Below, piece by piece: positions 36,778 to 46,877 of a stretch of 64,000 bases of DNA. Position numbers and translations under genes: made by a program. Under the pieces are notes generated by a model. The model had not been told where the DNA came from. It ran no database searches and saw nothing but the letters and a program-made list of their open reading frames with translations. This DNA is from a virus (taxonomy: Duplodnaviria; Caudoviricetes), in IMG/VR virus record IMGVR_UViG_3300045391_006539; one strand, written 5' to 3'. How positions within the stretch are numbered: position 1 is the first letter of the stretch; every line of letters starts with the position of its first letter.

Positions 36778-37398
36778 ATGCGTTTCGTAGAGACCATCCC
36801 CATCAAGCAGAACCTGTTCATCACGGCTCGCGAGCGCGGCAAGATTGTGGCGCGGCGCGAGGGCCACAACATCTGGCTCGACACGGGCAAGGAGTTCATC
36901 GCCCAGCTCATTGGACTGCAGTCGCTCAATCCGGACGTCGCCATCCGTAACGACCGCATCAAGTACATGGGCGTCGGCATCGGTGGCACGGCTCAGAAGC
37001 AGCTCACGGCCGCCAACGCGGCGCCCATCAGTCCGCCGTACACGGGCAACAATGCTCAAACGGATGCCAATCCACTCGTCACGACGCTCGAGCGGCCTGT
37101 GCGCATCAGTGGGTCTACGGGTAACTACCCAGGTCTCTCTGGTGATGCATGGGTCGGCACGGTGCAGGCGCCGCCCACGGTCGTCGGCAGCCAGATTACC
37201 TTTCGGCGGGTCTTTACACAGGAGGAAGTGAGCTACGGACCTTTCCTCAGTGTGCCACTCAGCGAGGTCATGCTCTTCACGAGCAACGCCGTCGTCGACA
37301 ACTACCAAAACGTGGGCATGGCCTACGACACGTTCGATACCATCAGCAAGACGGCTGCCATCAACCTCGAAGTGGTCTGGCATATCCGCGTGGGTTGA
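36778..37398 (+). CDS. tail/baseplate-associated protein
   Basis: GAGGA RBS; paralog of the previous gene. Confidence 0.65.
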   Translation: MRFVETIPIKQNLFITARERGKIVARREGHNIWLDTGKEFIAQLIGLQSLNPDVAIRNDRIKYMGVGIGGTAQKQLTAANAAPISPPYTGNNAQTDANPLVTTLERPVRISGSTGNYPGLSGDAWVGTVQAPPTVVGSQITFRRVFTQEEVSYGPFLSVPLSEVMLFTSNAVVDNYQNVGMAYDTFDTISKTAAINLEVVWHIRVG

Positions 37399-37409
37399 GG
37401 AGAGAGTAG

Positions 37410-40001
37410 ATGTTCCACCGTTACGACCTTCCCGGCTACTTCATCGATGGCGGCGGCGACCTGCTCGCCGACTACGACCTGCTCAATGACCCGGCGCATG
37501 CCTCGGTGGGTGGGTCTGGCGTCCCGGCTCCCGTCGACGGCAAGAAGAGCGGCGGCGACAACGACGGTACGTACTTCGCGGCTTTTGGTGAGGACGGCCG
37601 TGCCTTCTTCCAGAACCGAGGCCTCGCTGCGCTCGGTGAGAACACGGACCTGCTCGACGACATCGTGCAGACCAACGTGCCCGTCGTCACCTTCCAGGAT
37701 GGTACGGCAGCAGGAGCCACACCCTCGGTCACTCTGAATTCGGGCACGGGCTGGGTCTACGTCGGCAAGAGCGGCGCCACCAACAACCAGGCGACGCGCG
37801 ACCGGCTCGTCCATGTCACCGACCAGACGGGCGCCGAGCTCGAGGTGAGCGGGACCAAGGTCACCTGCTCGCTCATCCACGACGGCGCGAGCGTCAACGT
37901 ACTCGGCACCGAGACGGATGGCTTCTATGAAGACCCGGTCGTCAACTTCTCCCCGAGCATTCCGAATGGTACGACCTATCGCATCTGGTACGGCACCCGT
38001 TCGAGCTGGGCGGAGCAAGCGCTCACGAGCAAGGGCCCGCTCGCGGAAGTCCAGATTTTCAATGCCCAGAATGTTACGGCGGAGGTGCGCAAGCTCTTCC
38101 GTCTCCTGCGCAACGATGCGGGGACGCTGGCCTGGAATGCCAACTTCGAGACGAGTCTCCGGGCGCTCGCCGGCGCCGGTCTGAACGAGCGCTATCGTCG
38201 GCAGACGACCGAGCCCGCGGGCTTCACGACGGGGCAGTACAACGTCGCCGGCGACGGGGCGACCATCTTCCGGGATGGCAAAGCGGTCACCATCCAGACC
38301 GATGACTTCACGCTCACGAGCGCGACCAACTACCGTGACCCCAACGCGGCAGCTCTCAAAGTTGTCGGTGAGGCCGCGCGTTCTTCTTCGACCAGTTCGT
38401 CGTACACGGCGGGTGGCGATTTCGGCTACTGGCACGAGACCGAGTGGCGCGTGAAAGAGACGGGTAGCGGCGACCAGCGCACCCGTCAGTTCTCGGCGGG
38501 TCCGGCGCTCATGGAGGTCGTGCCCTGGGACGTGCGCAATGACGAGTACCTCGGCGACGACGTGCTCACGTTCATCAGTCCCTCGACGGCGACGGCTACC
38601 CTCAACCCCGATTCAGGGGCGTCGGCCAACGACCGCGCCACCATCGAGTGCGCCTCGGGGCAGTTCTTCGCGCTGTCTACACCCACGCGCACCGCCATCC
38701 GTCTCGGCGTCGACATGCTGGAGGTGACACTGCAGAGCGGGGACGTCGCGACCTATGTCATCGACAACCTGCTCTCGGCGACGCGCGTCATCGTCCGGCT
38801 CATCTCGGGCGCGCAGCCCTCGTTCAGTGCTTCGGCCGTCACGGATGTAGCCCTTCGCTGGCTCCAGCCCATCGTGCGCATCGGTGGGGTGCTCGCCACG
38901 GACTCGGGTGCAGGGTTCCTCACGCCAGCGGTCAGTCTCAAGGCTCGGCCTTTGCTGGTCATTCCACCCTCGTTCAATACCATCAATCCGAGTAACGAGC
39001 TGCATGCGCAGCCGGCCTTCTTCGGGTCTCGGACGGGCAGCGTCACGGGCGCGGCGGCGGGGAGTTCGGATTCGCGTGCACTCGAGTGGGGGTCGACGGC
39101 CAGTCCCGACAGCGGTGGTACGGTCAACGGTACGCTCACGGCGCGTGGCTATCTCATGGGGGATGGCAGTTTGTTCTCGACGTTAGTGCGGGCGACGGCG
39201 CTGAACGTGGGTAACGGCAATGCGACGGTGGCGAGCAATGGCAACGCGGTCTTCAACGACGTCGTCATGGACAGCCTGAGCGCCGATGATGCCGTCATCA
39301 ACAACCTCGCCGTCAACGAGCCCGAATTCTACACGACCATCGACGAAGACTGGATTCACTTCGTCCAGGAGTTCACCCCGGACATCATCCATTCGGATGA
39401 GCTCTGGGAGTTCAACGAGATTGCCGGGACTTTCACGCTCAACAATGGCACGCCCTCGGCGAAGAATCCAGGGCAGCTCGAGGCCATTGGTGCGGGTGGG
39501 AGCTCGAGCAGGTCACTCGCGGTCTACAAGACCACGGCGCTGCCCTATGGCTTCAGTGCCCTGCAGATGGTGACGGTCGTCGCCAAGGTCGACGACAGCG
39601 TCGGCAACGTGAGTGGCGGCTTCAACGTGGGCGTGCGCGACAACGTGACGAGCAGCGTGGGGGGCAATGACTCCCTGATGCTCGCCTACTTCTGCTCGGC
39701 CAAGGAGTGGCGGCTCAATCACCGGGTGGGTGGTATCGATGGGCCGCAGCACGGCACCGTCCTCGGCGCAGCGACGGACAACGTCTTCGTCTCTTTCCGT
39801 CTGCTCAAGAACGCTGCCAATGGCATTGATGTCTATTTCAACGGTTCGCTCGCCGTCACCGTGGCGTCGGCGGACTTGCCGACTGGCAATGGCACTTTCG
39901 GACTCTACTTTTCGCAGGGCTCGAGCGACGCGGATGCAGTGACGTACGCCGTCGACTATTGCGGCCTCCGAGCATCTTGCGGTGCACGCCAGGGTGCATA
40001 G
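37410..40001 (+). CDS. putative tail fibre / receptor-binding protein
   Basis: 863 aa, G/T/S/N-rich, end of tail module, beta-sandwich-like C-terminus. Confidence 0.6.
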   Translation: MFHRYDLPGYFIDGGGDLLADYDLLNDPAHASVGGSGVPAPVDGKKSGGDNDGTYFAAFGEDGRAFFQNRGLAALGENTDLLDDIVQTNVPVVTFQDGTAAGATPSVTLNSGTGWVYVGKSGATNNQATRDRLVHVTDQTGAELEVSGTKVTCSLIHDGASVNVLGTETDGFYEDPVVNFSPSIPNGTTYRIWYGTRSSWAEQALTSKGPLAEVQIFNAQNVTAEVRKLFRLLRNDAGTLAWNANFETSLRALAGAGLNERYRRQTTEPAGFTTGQYNVAGDGATIFRDGKAVTIQTDDFTLTSATNYRDPNAAALKVVGEAARSSSTSSSYTAGGDFGYWHETEWRVKETGSGDQRTRQFSAGPALMEVVPWDVRNDEYLGDDVLTFISPSTATATLNPDSGASANDRATIECASGQFFALSTPTRTAIRLGVDMLEVTLQSGDVATYVIDNLLSATRVIVRLISGAQPSFSASAVTDVALRWLQPIVRIGGVLATDSGAGFLTPAVSLKARPLLVIPPSFNTINPSNELHAQPAFFGSRTGSVTGAAAGSSDSRALEWGSTASPDSGGTVNGTLTARGYLMGDGSLFSTLVRATALNVGNGNATVASNGNAVFNDVVMDSLSADDAVINNLAVNEPEFYTTIDEDWIHFVQEFTPDIIHSDELWEFNEIAGTFTLNNGTPSAKNPGQLEAIGAGGSSSRSLAVYKTTALPYGFSALQMVTVVAKVDDSVGNVSGGFNVGVRDNVTSSVGGNDSLMLAYFCSAKEWRLNHRVGGIDGPQHGTVLGAATDNVFVSFRLLKNAANGIDVYFNGSLAVTVASADLPTGNGTFGLYFSQGSSDADAVTYAVDYCGLRASCGARQGA

Positions 40002-40033
40002 TCCAGGCGGCAGCTCCGGGGTATCATGATGGC

Positions 40034-40420
40034 ATGGATATCCTGGAGCTGCTCACGCGGCCTGGTACATACGTTCTCGGCCTGCTCGTCTACATCGCAA
40101 CATTCTTCACCCGCAAGGTGACGGAGATGTTGGCCCCGCAGTTGAAGAAGCAGGCCGACGCGAACGCCCCTGCAATCACCTACCCGACCAACGCCAGCCG
40201 CTGGTGGAACGAGGTAGTCCTGTATGCGATTCCCGTCGCCTATGGTGGCCTGACGTCGCTCAGTTCGAGCGAGTTCTTCTTCGCTGGCATCGATGGTGGC
40301 AGCGCGCGCTTCATGTTCTCTTGTGGCGTCGGCTGGTTTTCGAGTTTCATGTACAAGACCTTGAAGAAGGTCATCAGACAGAAGCTCGATATCAAAGAGA
40401 CCATCAGCGAGGTGACGTGA
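40034..40420 (+). CDS. holin-like membrane protein
   Basis: about 3 hydrophobic segments and a basic C-terminus; follows the tail fibre. Confidence 0.5.
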   Translation: MDILELLTRPGTYVLGLLVYIATFFTRKVTEMLAPQLKKQADANAPAITYPTNASRWWNEVVLYAIPVAYGGLTSLSSSEFFFAGIDGGSARFMFSCGVGWFSSFMYKTLKKVIRQKLDIKETISEVT

Positions 40421-40788
40421 GCCAACTTCTGAGTGCCTGGGCATGGCTCAAGAAGAACTGGAAGTGGCTGCTCCTACCCATTGGAGTCGCTGCCTGGTTC
40501 CTCGGCAGAGCCTCGGCCAAGAAGACCATCGTCGTCACCAGCCCCGAACTCACTGCACACGACGAGTTCCGTGCGGGCGTCGAAGCCGAGACTCGCGAGA
40601 AGCTCGAGCAGGCCGAGAGCGAGCGCCGGCAAGCTCACGTCCGCATCGAGGTTCAAAAGGACGAGCGTTTACATGAGCTGGACGCCGAAGCCGAACGCAA
40701 GACGGCCGAGCTCCAGCAAGACCCCGAGGCCATCAACGACTTTCTCAAGAAGGTGGGCAAGAGTGTCCGTAATCGGAACCAATCCTGA
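40417..40788 (+). CDS. membrane-anchored coiled-coil protein, possibly an i-spanin
   Basis: GTG start; WKWLLLPIGVAAWFLG TM followed by coiled coil. Confidence 0.5.
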   Translation: MSQLLSAWAWLKKNWKWLLLPIGVAAWFLGRASAKKTIVVTSPELTAHDEFRAGVEAETREKLEQAESERRQAHVRIEVQKDERLHELDAEAERKTAELQQDPEAINDFLKKVGKSVRNRNQS

Positions 40789-41350
40789 CCTGGGGCAGGT
40801 CATTCTCGACAGGGTCACGGCGAGCATCCGTGAAGAATTCTCAGACTTCGCCCTCATCCCCAAGAAATCGTCGCTGCAGATGTGCATCATCGACGTGCTC
40901 TTGCGCATCATCACCTTCAATCGGATGCGGACGTTCCTGACGAGCTACGTGACCACGCGCGGTAGCAAGGTCTACGTGCCCGAGACCTGGGACCTGAAGA
41001 CTCCATTTCAGCAGGCCGTGACCCTGCGACATGAACGGGTGCACATGCAACAGCGCCGGCGCCTCGGCGGCTTCATGTTCATCCTCAGGTACCTCTGTTG
41101 GCCACTGCCATTCTTCTACGCCAAGGGCCGACGGGACCTCGAGATGGAGGCGTATGAAGAGAGCATCCGCGCGATGGCGCAGTACTACGGCTATCCGCGG
41201 ACGTGGGACGCGCGTGTGCGCGAGACCATCATCGGTGAGTTCGTGGGCCCCAGCTATCTCTGGATGTGGCCGTTTCGTAAAGACGTCGAGCGCTGGTACG
41301 ATAGCGTGGTCTACAACTTGGTAGGACCCATCGAACATGCCGAAGTTTAA
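40763..41350 (+). CDS. HExxH zincin-like metallopeptidase
   Basis: TLRHERVHMQQ...EMEAY; start uncertain. Confidence 0.65.
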   Translation: MSVIGTNPDLGQVILDRVTASIREEFSDFALIPKKSSLQMCIIDVLLRIITFNRMRTFLTSYVTTRGSKVYVPETWDLKTPFQQAVTLRHERVHMQQRRRLGGFMFILRYLCWPLPFFYAKGRRDLEMEAYEESIRAMAQYYGYPRTWDARVRETIIGEFVGPSYLWMWPFRKDVERWYDSVVYNLVGPIEHAEV

Positions 41351-41879
41351 CGCTGTCTACAAGGGCGAGCTCTGCAATGCGGACTCCGTCAAGAAGAAGG
41401 TCGTCTTCCAGGGCGTCGAGATTCATCTCGATAGACCCAAGGGCCTCGTGATGACTGGCGAGGACAAGGAGGGCAAGCCCTGGACGCGCGAATATCTCTA
41501 CGACTACGGCTTCATCCCGAAGACCCTGGGCGGCGACGGTGACGGGCTCGATGTCTTCATCGGTCCGCACAAGGACGCGACCGAGACGTACTGGGCTACG
41601 CAGAACAAGGACGATGGCTCGTTCGACGAGTATAAGGTCTTCATGGGTTTCTCCAGCCGAGCAGCGGCGGAGGCGGCTTTTCGCGAGCATATACCGCTCA
41701 AGTTCTTGGGCAGTATGGTCTCGATGCGTCTCGACATGATGAAGGCGATGCTTGGTATGAACCCGACGGGTCTCTTCAAGGGGCCAGCGGCAGATGCCGT
41801 CAAGACTGCCTCCGCTCGTGCAGCGTTGCAGGCGGTGAGTTTTACCCACCACAGAAACAGGCTACTCGGATGGTCATGA
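41337..41879 (+). CDS. inorganic pyrophosphatase-like (InPase) domain protein
   Basis: YDYGFIPKTLGGDGDGLDVFIGP...FDEYKVFMGF. Confidence 0.75.
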   Translation: MPKFNAVYKGELCNADSVKKKVVFQGVEIHLDRPKGLVMTGEDKEGKPWTREYLYDYGFIPKTLGGDGDGLDVFIGPHKDATETYWATQNKDDGSFDEYKVFMGFSSRAAAEAAFREHIPLKFLGSMVSMRLDMMKAMLGMNPTGLFKGPAADAVKTASARAALQAVSFTHHRNRLLGWS

Positions 41880-42388
41880 CTCTCTTTGCAGGTCTCGGCA
41901 TCTACCTCTTTGGCCTGACGATGCCATGCTGGAAGATGCGCCTGCACTGGTACGTCGTCACGGGCGTTTTGCTGCTCGGGCCTTGCCTCGCCTTCGGAGA
42001 GGAGCCCATCCCCGAAGACCGCATCGTGTCACTCAAGAAGGGTGCTCTCGCACCTTTCGACGGGCAGCTCTTCGACAACCCCACGGCGCTGCGCTGGGGC
42101 GTCTACCTCCAGCAGATGCAGGCTCGGCACGAGGTCGAACTCGATACCCAGAAGAAGCATTGCGAGGAGGAACTCGAGTTCAAGCGGACGGAGCTCTGGC
42201 TCGAGCGGGACAAGTCCAAGAAGATTGCCGATGACCTGGCCGAGCGTCTGCGCAAGACCGAGGCGCTGAAGCTGCAGGCCGAGCACGAGCGAGACAATCC
42301 GCCTTGGTATAAGACGCCCGTCTTCGGCTTCGTGCTCGGCGCCGTGGCCGTGGGTACGTTTGGGGTCCTGGCAGTGCAGACGTTTTAA
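41870..42388 (+). CDS. membrane coiled-coil protein, possibly spanin-like
   Basis: signal-like N-terminus, APFDG.L, coiled coil, C-terminal PWY + TM. Confidence 0.5.
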   Translation: MVMTLFAGLGIYLFGLTMPCWKMRLHWYVVTGVLLLGPCLAFGEEPIPEDRIVSLKKGALAPFDGQLFDNPTALRWGVYLQQMQARHEVELDTQKKHCEEELEFKRTELWLERDKSKKIADDLAERLRKTEALKLQAEHERDNPPWYKTPVFGFVLGAVAVGTFGVLAVQTF

Positions 42389-42427
42389 GAGGCTAAAGAA
42401 GGGCGCCTGAGTGCGCCCTTCCCCCGT

Positions 42428-42847
42428 TCACGGGACTATCAATTGCTGGACGTAGGCTTCGAGCTCTGCGGGGCTCTTGCGAGCTGCATAGCGGATGGCC
42501 ACGCCGGCGACATGGAAGAGTTGGCGCAGACGGAGTTCCCTGTTCTCCAACGGCACCGTCTTGATGAACTCATCGATGCTAGTCATCAAGTAGGCAAATG
42601 GGTCTCGGATGGGCTTGTGCCTCGTCGTGTAGCTCAGCTTGTTGCAGTAGCCGCACTTCTTACACCACCACCAGTTCGTACCCGCCTCGTAGTCTATCTC
42701 TCCCGTACATTCTCTCGAACGTTCGATGTTCCACGTGGGGTCGAGAGCATTGATGGGCTGGCCCTGCCCTCGACGCCACGGTTCTTTCTTCACTAGTTCT
42801 TCGACGTCACTCATCATGATTCCCGGTGTGACGCTCTCCTCATGCAC
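42428..42847 (-). CDS. Zn-ribbon hypothetical protein
   Basis: WWCKKCGY; last gene of the minus operon, followed by a terminator at 42389-42421. Confidence 0.55.
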   Translation of the reverse strand: MHEESVTPGIMMSDVEELVKKEPWRRGQGQPINALDPTWNIERSRECTGEIDYEAGTNWWWCKKCGYCNKLSYTTRHKPIRDPFAYLMTSIDEFIKTVPLENRELRLRQLFHVAGVAIRYAARKSPAELEAYVQQLIVP

Positions 42848-43033
42848 TCATTGCATGACGCTGTATCTGCTTGCGAAGTACCTCCTCGTTGATGGTATCG
42901 GCACCGGGAGCGATGCCGAGGGCTCGGACTACGGCGAGTAGACCGTGAGCATCCAGCTTGCTCGGGTCTACGTCGCCGAGGTCGATGTAGTCGTCGGCTC
43001 TGGGCGCGGAGCACCCTGCCCAGAGCGGGATAG

Positions 43034-44074
43034 TCATTTTCCCTGGGAGAAGAACTGCGCACGGATGGTGGCGCGTTCACCAGCGATGATGCTCGACAAC
43101 TGGTCCCGCGGGATGCCCATGCGGTCCGCGATGATGACGGATGCGATGAAGTTGCTCTCCAGCAGAGTGGTTATTCCAGCGAGCATGCCGTTTTGCGTGG
43201 CCAGGTGCTGGCTGAGCGTGGAGATGGCGTCGAGCAAGGGGCCCGCCGCACCCTGATTGCTCGGGTCACTCGGAGTCTGCGGCTGGCGTGGGGGTTGCGC
43301 GGCGGAGGGCGGACTTGCGGGCGGCTGCGCTCCCGGCGGCGTGAAGCCATAGTTGGGCGGGGTGCCCGGTGGCACGGGTGTGTTCATGGGGGGACCAGGC
43401 GGGGTCCAACCACCGGCACCCGGGGGCGGCCCTGCCGGTGGGGTGTAGCCCTGGGGCGGCCCTGCTGGCGGTCCCTGGGGCGGGGCCGCACCGGGCGGTA
43501 CATAGCCGCCTGGAGGAGCGCCGGGCGGCGTGTAGCCGCCCACTGGCGGCGGTGTCCAGCCGCCGGGTCCTTGGGGTGCGGGGGTTGCCGGGGGACCTCC
43601 TGGAGGGCCCGGGGGCGTCCATTGCGGCTGAGCCCCACCCGGCGGCTGCCAGGCGCCTGGAGGCGGCGGTGCGGCACCCGGAGGTGTGTAACCGCCGGGT
43701 CCCTGGGGCGGGCCGGCGTAGGGGAGCTGCTGTTGCTGGCCCGGGGGCGCGTAGGCACCGGGAGGGGGTCCGCCGGCGTAGTTCGATTGCGTCATGACTG
43801 GTTGTGCTCCTTGGGGTGCTGCATTGGGTGCTGCATTGGGTGGGGTGATGGCTGCGACCGCAGCCGTTTGTGGGTTGCCATCCAAGCGGATGAGCATGTC
43901 GTAGATGACTTGCGCTTTCTCTGGATGTTGGAGAGCGCAGAAGGCGTCCTCGGACTCCTCGTTGCCGCCGAAGATTTGTCCGGCGAGAGCGAGGCGGTAG
44001 AGGATGGCCGGGCTTTCCTTGTTGAGCTTCGCCAGGTCGCGGGGCGCTTGCTCCAGGCCGTAGAGTATCGACAT
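43034..44074 (-). CDS. protein with long Pro/Gly-rich linker
   Basis: repeated G(Y/W)TPPG units between two globular ends. Confidence 0.65.
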   Translation of the reverse strand: MSILYGLEQAPRDLAKLNKESPAILYRLALAGQIFGGNEESEDAFCALQHPEKAQVIYDMLIRLDGNPQTAAVAAITPPNAAPNAAPQGAQPVMTQSNYAGGPPPGAYAPPGQQQQLPYAGPPQGPGGYTPPGAAPPPPGAWQPPGGAQPQWTPPGPPGGPPATPAPQGPGGWTPPPVGGYTPPGAPPGGYVPPGAAPPQGPPAGPPQGYTPPAGPPPGAGGWTPPGPPMNTPVPPGTPPNYGFTPPGAQPPASPPSAAQPPRQPQTPSDPSNQGAAGPLLDAISTLSQHLATQNGMLAGITTLLESNFIASVIIADRMGIPRDQLSSIIAGERATIRAQFFSQGK

Positions 44075-44077
44075 CTA

Positions 44078-44443
44078 TCACTTCCTGTGGAGTTGAATGA
44101 GCTGTTCGTAGTCCCGCTGTTCCACGACGCAGGCCACGACCTGGGCATCGAGGCATGTCTTACACGCATCGATGTCCGCGCGAATGGGGCAGGTGAGTTG
44201 GGGCTGCAGAACGGCCCATCGCTCTTGAACGAATCCTTTGAGTCCTTCCCTCCAAGTGTCGACCTCGCGGCGTTCTCCAGGCACTACTTCAAAGCCCAGG
44301 AAGTACGCGACGAGGTAGGGTTTGCTCGAGTATGAAGGCGGTTTGAGACCGCTCTTCACACAGAGTTGATAGAGCTCAGTGCGATTACAGCGCTCGAGTG
44401 TAGCCTGCAATCGTTGAAAACGCTCCGAGTAGTTGCTGTCCAA
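44078..44443 (-). CDS. hypothetical protein
   Basis: GAGGAG RBS; C..C cluster. Confidence 0.55.
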   Translation of the reverse strand: MDSNYSERFQRLQATLERCNRTELYQLCVKSGLKPPSYSSKPYLVAYFLGFEVVPGERREVDTWREGLKGFVQERWAVLQPQLTCPIRADIDACKTCLDAQVVACVVEQRDYEQLIQLHRK

Positions 44444-44879
44444 TGGGCTCCTCGTCCTCGTTCCAAATCCAGATGCGGGTCTCTTCTATCCCAGACTGGT
44501 ACTTGTACTTGTAGTCGAAGCAAATCTGACTGTCGTCGATGACGGTCGCCTCGCAGATGGCATCCTGCAGGAGCTTTGGGCGGTTCGCCAGGTCTTGTTT
44601 GATGAAGCGATGCTTGGCTTCTTGTGGGTAGCCCTTCGACAGCATATTGGGGAAGCCATAAGCGGTGAGCATGCCGATACTCGCCTCCTTCTTGAGCTGT
44701 CCCGTCTGCATTGCATGGTGCTGCACGATGTGCTGGACCACGGCTTGCTTGTATGCCTTACCTGCCTTGGTGAGGCCACGACCACCACGCTGGACGCCCT
44801 TGTTGGTCTTTTTCGAGGGTAGGTTGAAGTAAGCCTGGTTGGCGGAGGGTGGCAGCCCCTCGAGGTAGACGTAAATCAT
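44385..44879 (-). CDS. RusA-like Holliday junction resolvase
   Basis: PPSAN; DLANRPKLLQDAI; IDDSQI. Confidence 0.75.
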   Translation of the reverse strand: MIYVYLEGLPPSANQAYFNLPSKKTNKGVQRGGRGLTKAGKAYKQAVVQHIVQHHAMQTGQLKKEASIGMLTAYGFPNMLSKGYPQEAKHRFIKQDLANRPKLLQDAICEATVIDDSQICFDYKYKYQSGIEETRIWIWNEDEEPIGQQLLGAFSTIAGYTRAL

Positions 44880-45457
44880 CGTGGATACATGCCTCGACCT
44901 GGCAGGTTGCTGTTGACTTGGGTCTGCTCGAACGACAGTTTCCTGAGCTCGACGTGTCGCGAGATGAGGGCCGCAGTCTTGCTGAGCCGTTCGACATGGG
45001 AATCGGCCATGATTTTCATCTGCTCGTACTTGGTCTTCTCGCGCAGGAGCTCGATGTAGCGGGGCGTGTTCTCCATGAGGGTCTTGCGGTCCTCGATACT
45101 GAAGACCTTCTTGGTGTTGGGGTTGATGACGCCGGCGTACATCACTTTGAGCTGCGCTTCCAGCTGGTCGAACTGGCGGTTGACGCCGAGGAGGTAACTC
45201 TTGACGTAGGCCAGGGTGTTTTCTGCGTAGCTATGCCATGCCGTGAAGCGCGCGTGCATCTCGCCGAAGGACTCGATGCTGGCCTCGCTCAGCGCCTTGG
45301 GGTCTAGCTCGGGGCAGGTGAAGGCGGGCTTGGGCAGTCGGTAGAAGCCGAGCTGGGCGAGGGCAGACTCGGCCTCCTGGTGGGTCCCCGTCCAGTACTG
45401 ACTGAGGTACTGAGCCCGGTCGTTGATTTGGTCCTGGGTGTAGTTCTGGTCGTCCAT
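44876..45457 (-). CDS. helical hypothetical protein, possibly a recombination mediator
   Basis: coiled-coil composition within the recombination cluster. Confidence 0.55.
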   Translation of the reverse strand: MDDQNYTQDQINDRAQYLSQYWTGTHQEAESALAQLGFYRLPKPAFTCPELDPKALSEASIESFGEMHARFTAWHSYAENTLAYVKSYLLGVNRQFDQLEAQLKVMYAGVINPNTKKVFSIEDRKTLMENTPRYIELLREKTKYEQMKIMADSHVERLSKTAALISRHVELRKLSFEQTQVNSNLPGRGMYPR

Positions 45458-46359
45458 CAGCGGCCTCCCGAGCGCATGCCACCCACGCTCATCGTTGGTG
45501 GGCTGTAATAGTTGACCTTGGCCTTGGTGAGAATGTTGGGCTGACAGGTCCAGGCGAAGGGGCAGAAGCCGCAGTTACTGCTCTCCGTGCGGTCTGGCAG
45601 GACCTTCAGCTCGGCGTGGTGATGCGCCTTGGCGAAGCGCATCTCGAGCTCGCGTTGCCAGAGGGCCTTGTCGAACTTGAAGAGCCAGGGCGAGTAAGGC
45701 GTCGTGAAGTTCGAGTTGTTCTTGTTGTAGTAGAGCACCCACATGAGTGGGAGGTCGAGGCAAGCTTGATAGAGCGTGGTCTGCTCGAGATGGTCGGGCT
45801 CGGGGGCTTTGCGGCGCTGGAACTCGCCGTCGGAGCTCGTCTTGATTTCCACCCCCACGCGCAGATACGCCTCCCACTCGCCGCCCGTCCAGCGCCAGAA
45901 GGTGAAGGCACCATCACAGGTGGAAGACAGGCTCCAGGCAACGGCTGCGTCGCGTGATTTGACACTGACCTCTGGCTCGAACGAGAGGGCGTAGCCCTGC
46001 GCCGAGTAGAGCTTCGTGTACCAGGCGGCCATGCGCCTGAAGTCGCTCTGGAGCAGAGCGTGCAGAGCCGTGCCCGTGCGAAAGCGCATCTTGAGGTTCG
46101 CGGATACCGTCCCTGCCTGGACCCGGCGCTCGGTAGCCATGATGGAGTAGACCACCATGCGCAGGCACTTGCTCATCTCCGAGGCGTGGATGCCCGGCGA
46201 GCGCTGTCGCTCGCCGTGGTCGACGACGGTGTATTCGTGATACTCGCCATCTTGCTTGACGAACTCGGTCCAGAGCTCGGCGAGGCGTTGAGCTTGGGCG
46301 ATGAGCGGCGAGTAGTTTTCCTCGGGTTGGTCTAGGTCATTTAGTGTCACCAATTTCAT
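45457..46359 (-). CDS. Cas4-like PD-(D/E)XK exonuclease
   Basis: ASEMSKCLR; GTALH; CDG; EIKT; Q..LY; CGFCPFAWTC. Confidence 0.8.
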   Translation of the reverse strand: MKLVTLNDLDQPEENYSPLIAQAQRLAELWTEFVKQDGEYHEYTVVDHGERQRSPGIHASEMSKCLRMVVYSIMATERRVQAGTVSANLKMRFRTGTALHALLQSDFRRMAAWYTKLYSAQGYALSFEPEVSVKSRDAAVAWSLSSTCDGAFTFWRWTGGEWEAYLRVGVEIKTSSDGEFQRRKAPEPDHLEQTTLYQACLDLPLMWVLYYNKNNSNFTTPYSPWLFKFDKALWQRELEMRFAKAHHHAELKVLPDRTESSNCGFCPFAWTCQPNILTKAKVNYYSPPTMSVGGMRSGGR

Positions 46360-46877
46360 GGTGTGTTCTTGTCCAGTTTGAGGAAGTCTTCGTACGGAAC
46401 GAGCACCCAGCGGTCTTCGAGGTTGCCGGTCTGGCCATTCTGAAAGTCGATGACGAAGAGGGGCTTCTCGAGTCCCTCACACTCGCCACGAATCTTGCCG
46501 AGCTCCTTGCGCTCGACCCGGTAGCTGTCCTTGCGAGTGTACTTCATTTCGACCCGCCATTTACCACGAACTCGACCGTCGCCCTTGAGGTGGCCGACTG
46601 CCCCGCTGCCCGTCTGTCGGCGGCCCCCGAGCGCCTCCATCACCTCGACTTCTTGACGGACGGAGGCGCGCTTCTGGGCCTTCTTGCTGACGGTCTTGGC
46701 CTTTGGCGGTTTTGGGTTAGGCAGGTACTCACCGATGTGTTCGTTGAGCCAGAAGTTGGCTGGTAGCGTCGTGTCGATGGGGCCAAACTTGACGAGGCCA
46801 TCTGGTGTTTTCACTATGACCCAGACTTTTGTCGGGTCAGATACTTCACAGGCTAGGCGAGCGGTCTGTATAGACAT
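46356..46877 (-). CDS. PD-(D/E)XK resolvase-like endonuclease
   Basis: QE..V...LGGRRQTGSGA...KGD......VEMK. Confidence 0.7.
   Translation of the reverse strand: MSIQTARLACEVSDPTKVWVIVKTPDGLVKFGPIDTTLPANFWLNEHIGEYLPNPKPPKAKTVSKKAQKRASVRQEVEVMEALGGRRQTGSGAVGHLKGDGRVRGKWRVEMKYTRKDSYRVERKELGKIRGECEGLEKPLFVIDFQNGQTGNLEDRWVLVPYEDFLKLDKNTP

Noticed and set aside
43300-43800. GC-rich repetitive DNA as a second array
   Set aside because: Explained by Pro/Gly-rich coding repeats in 43034..44074.
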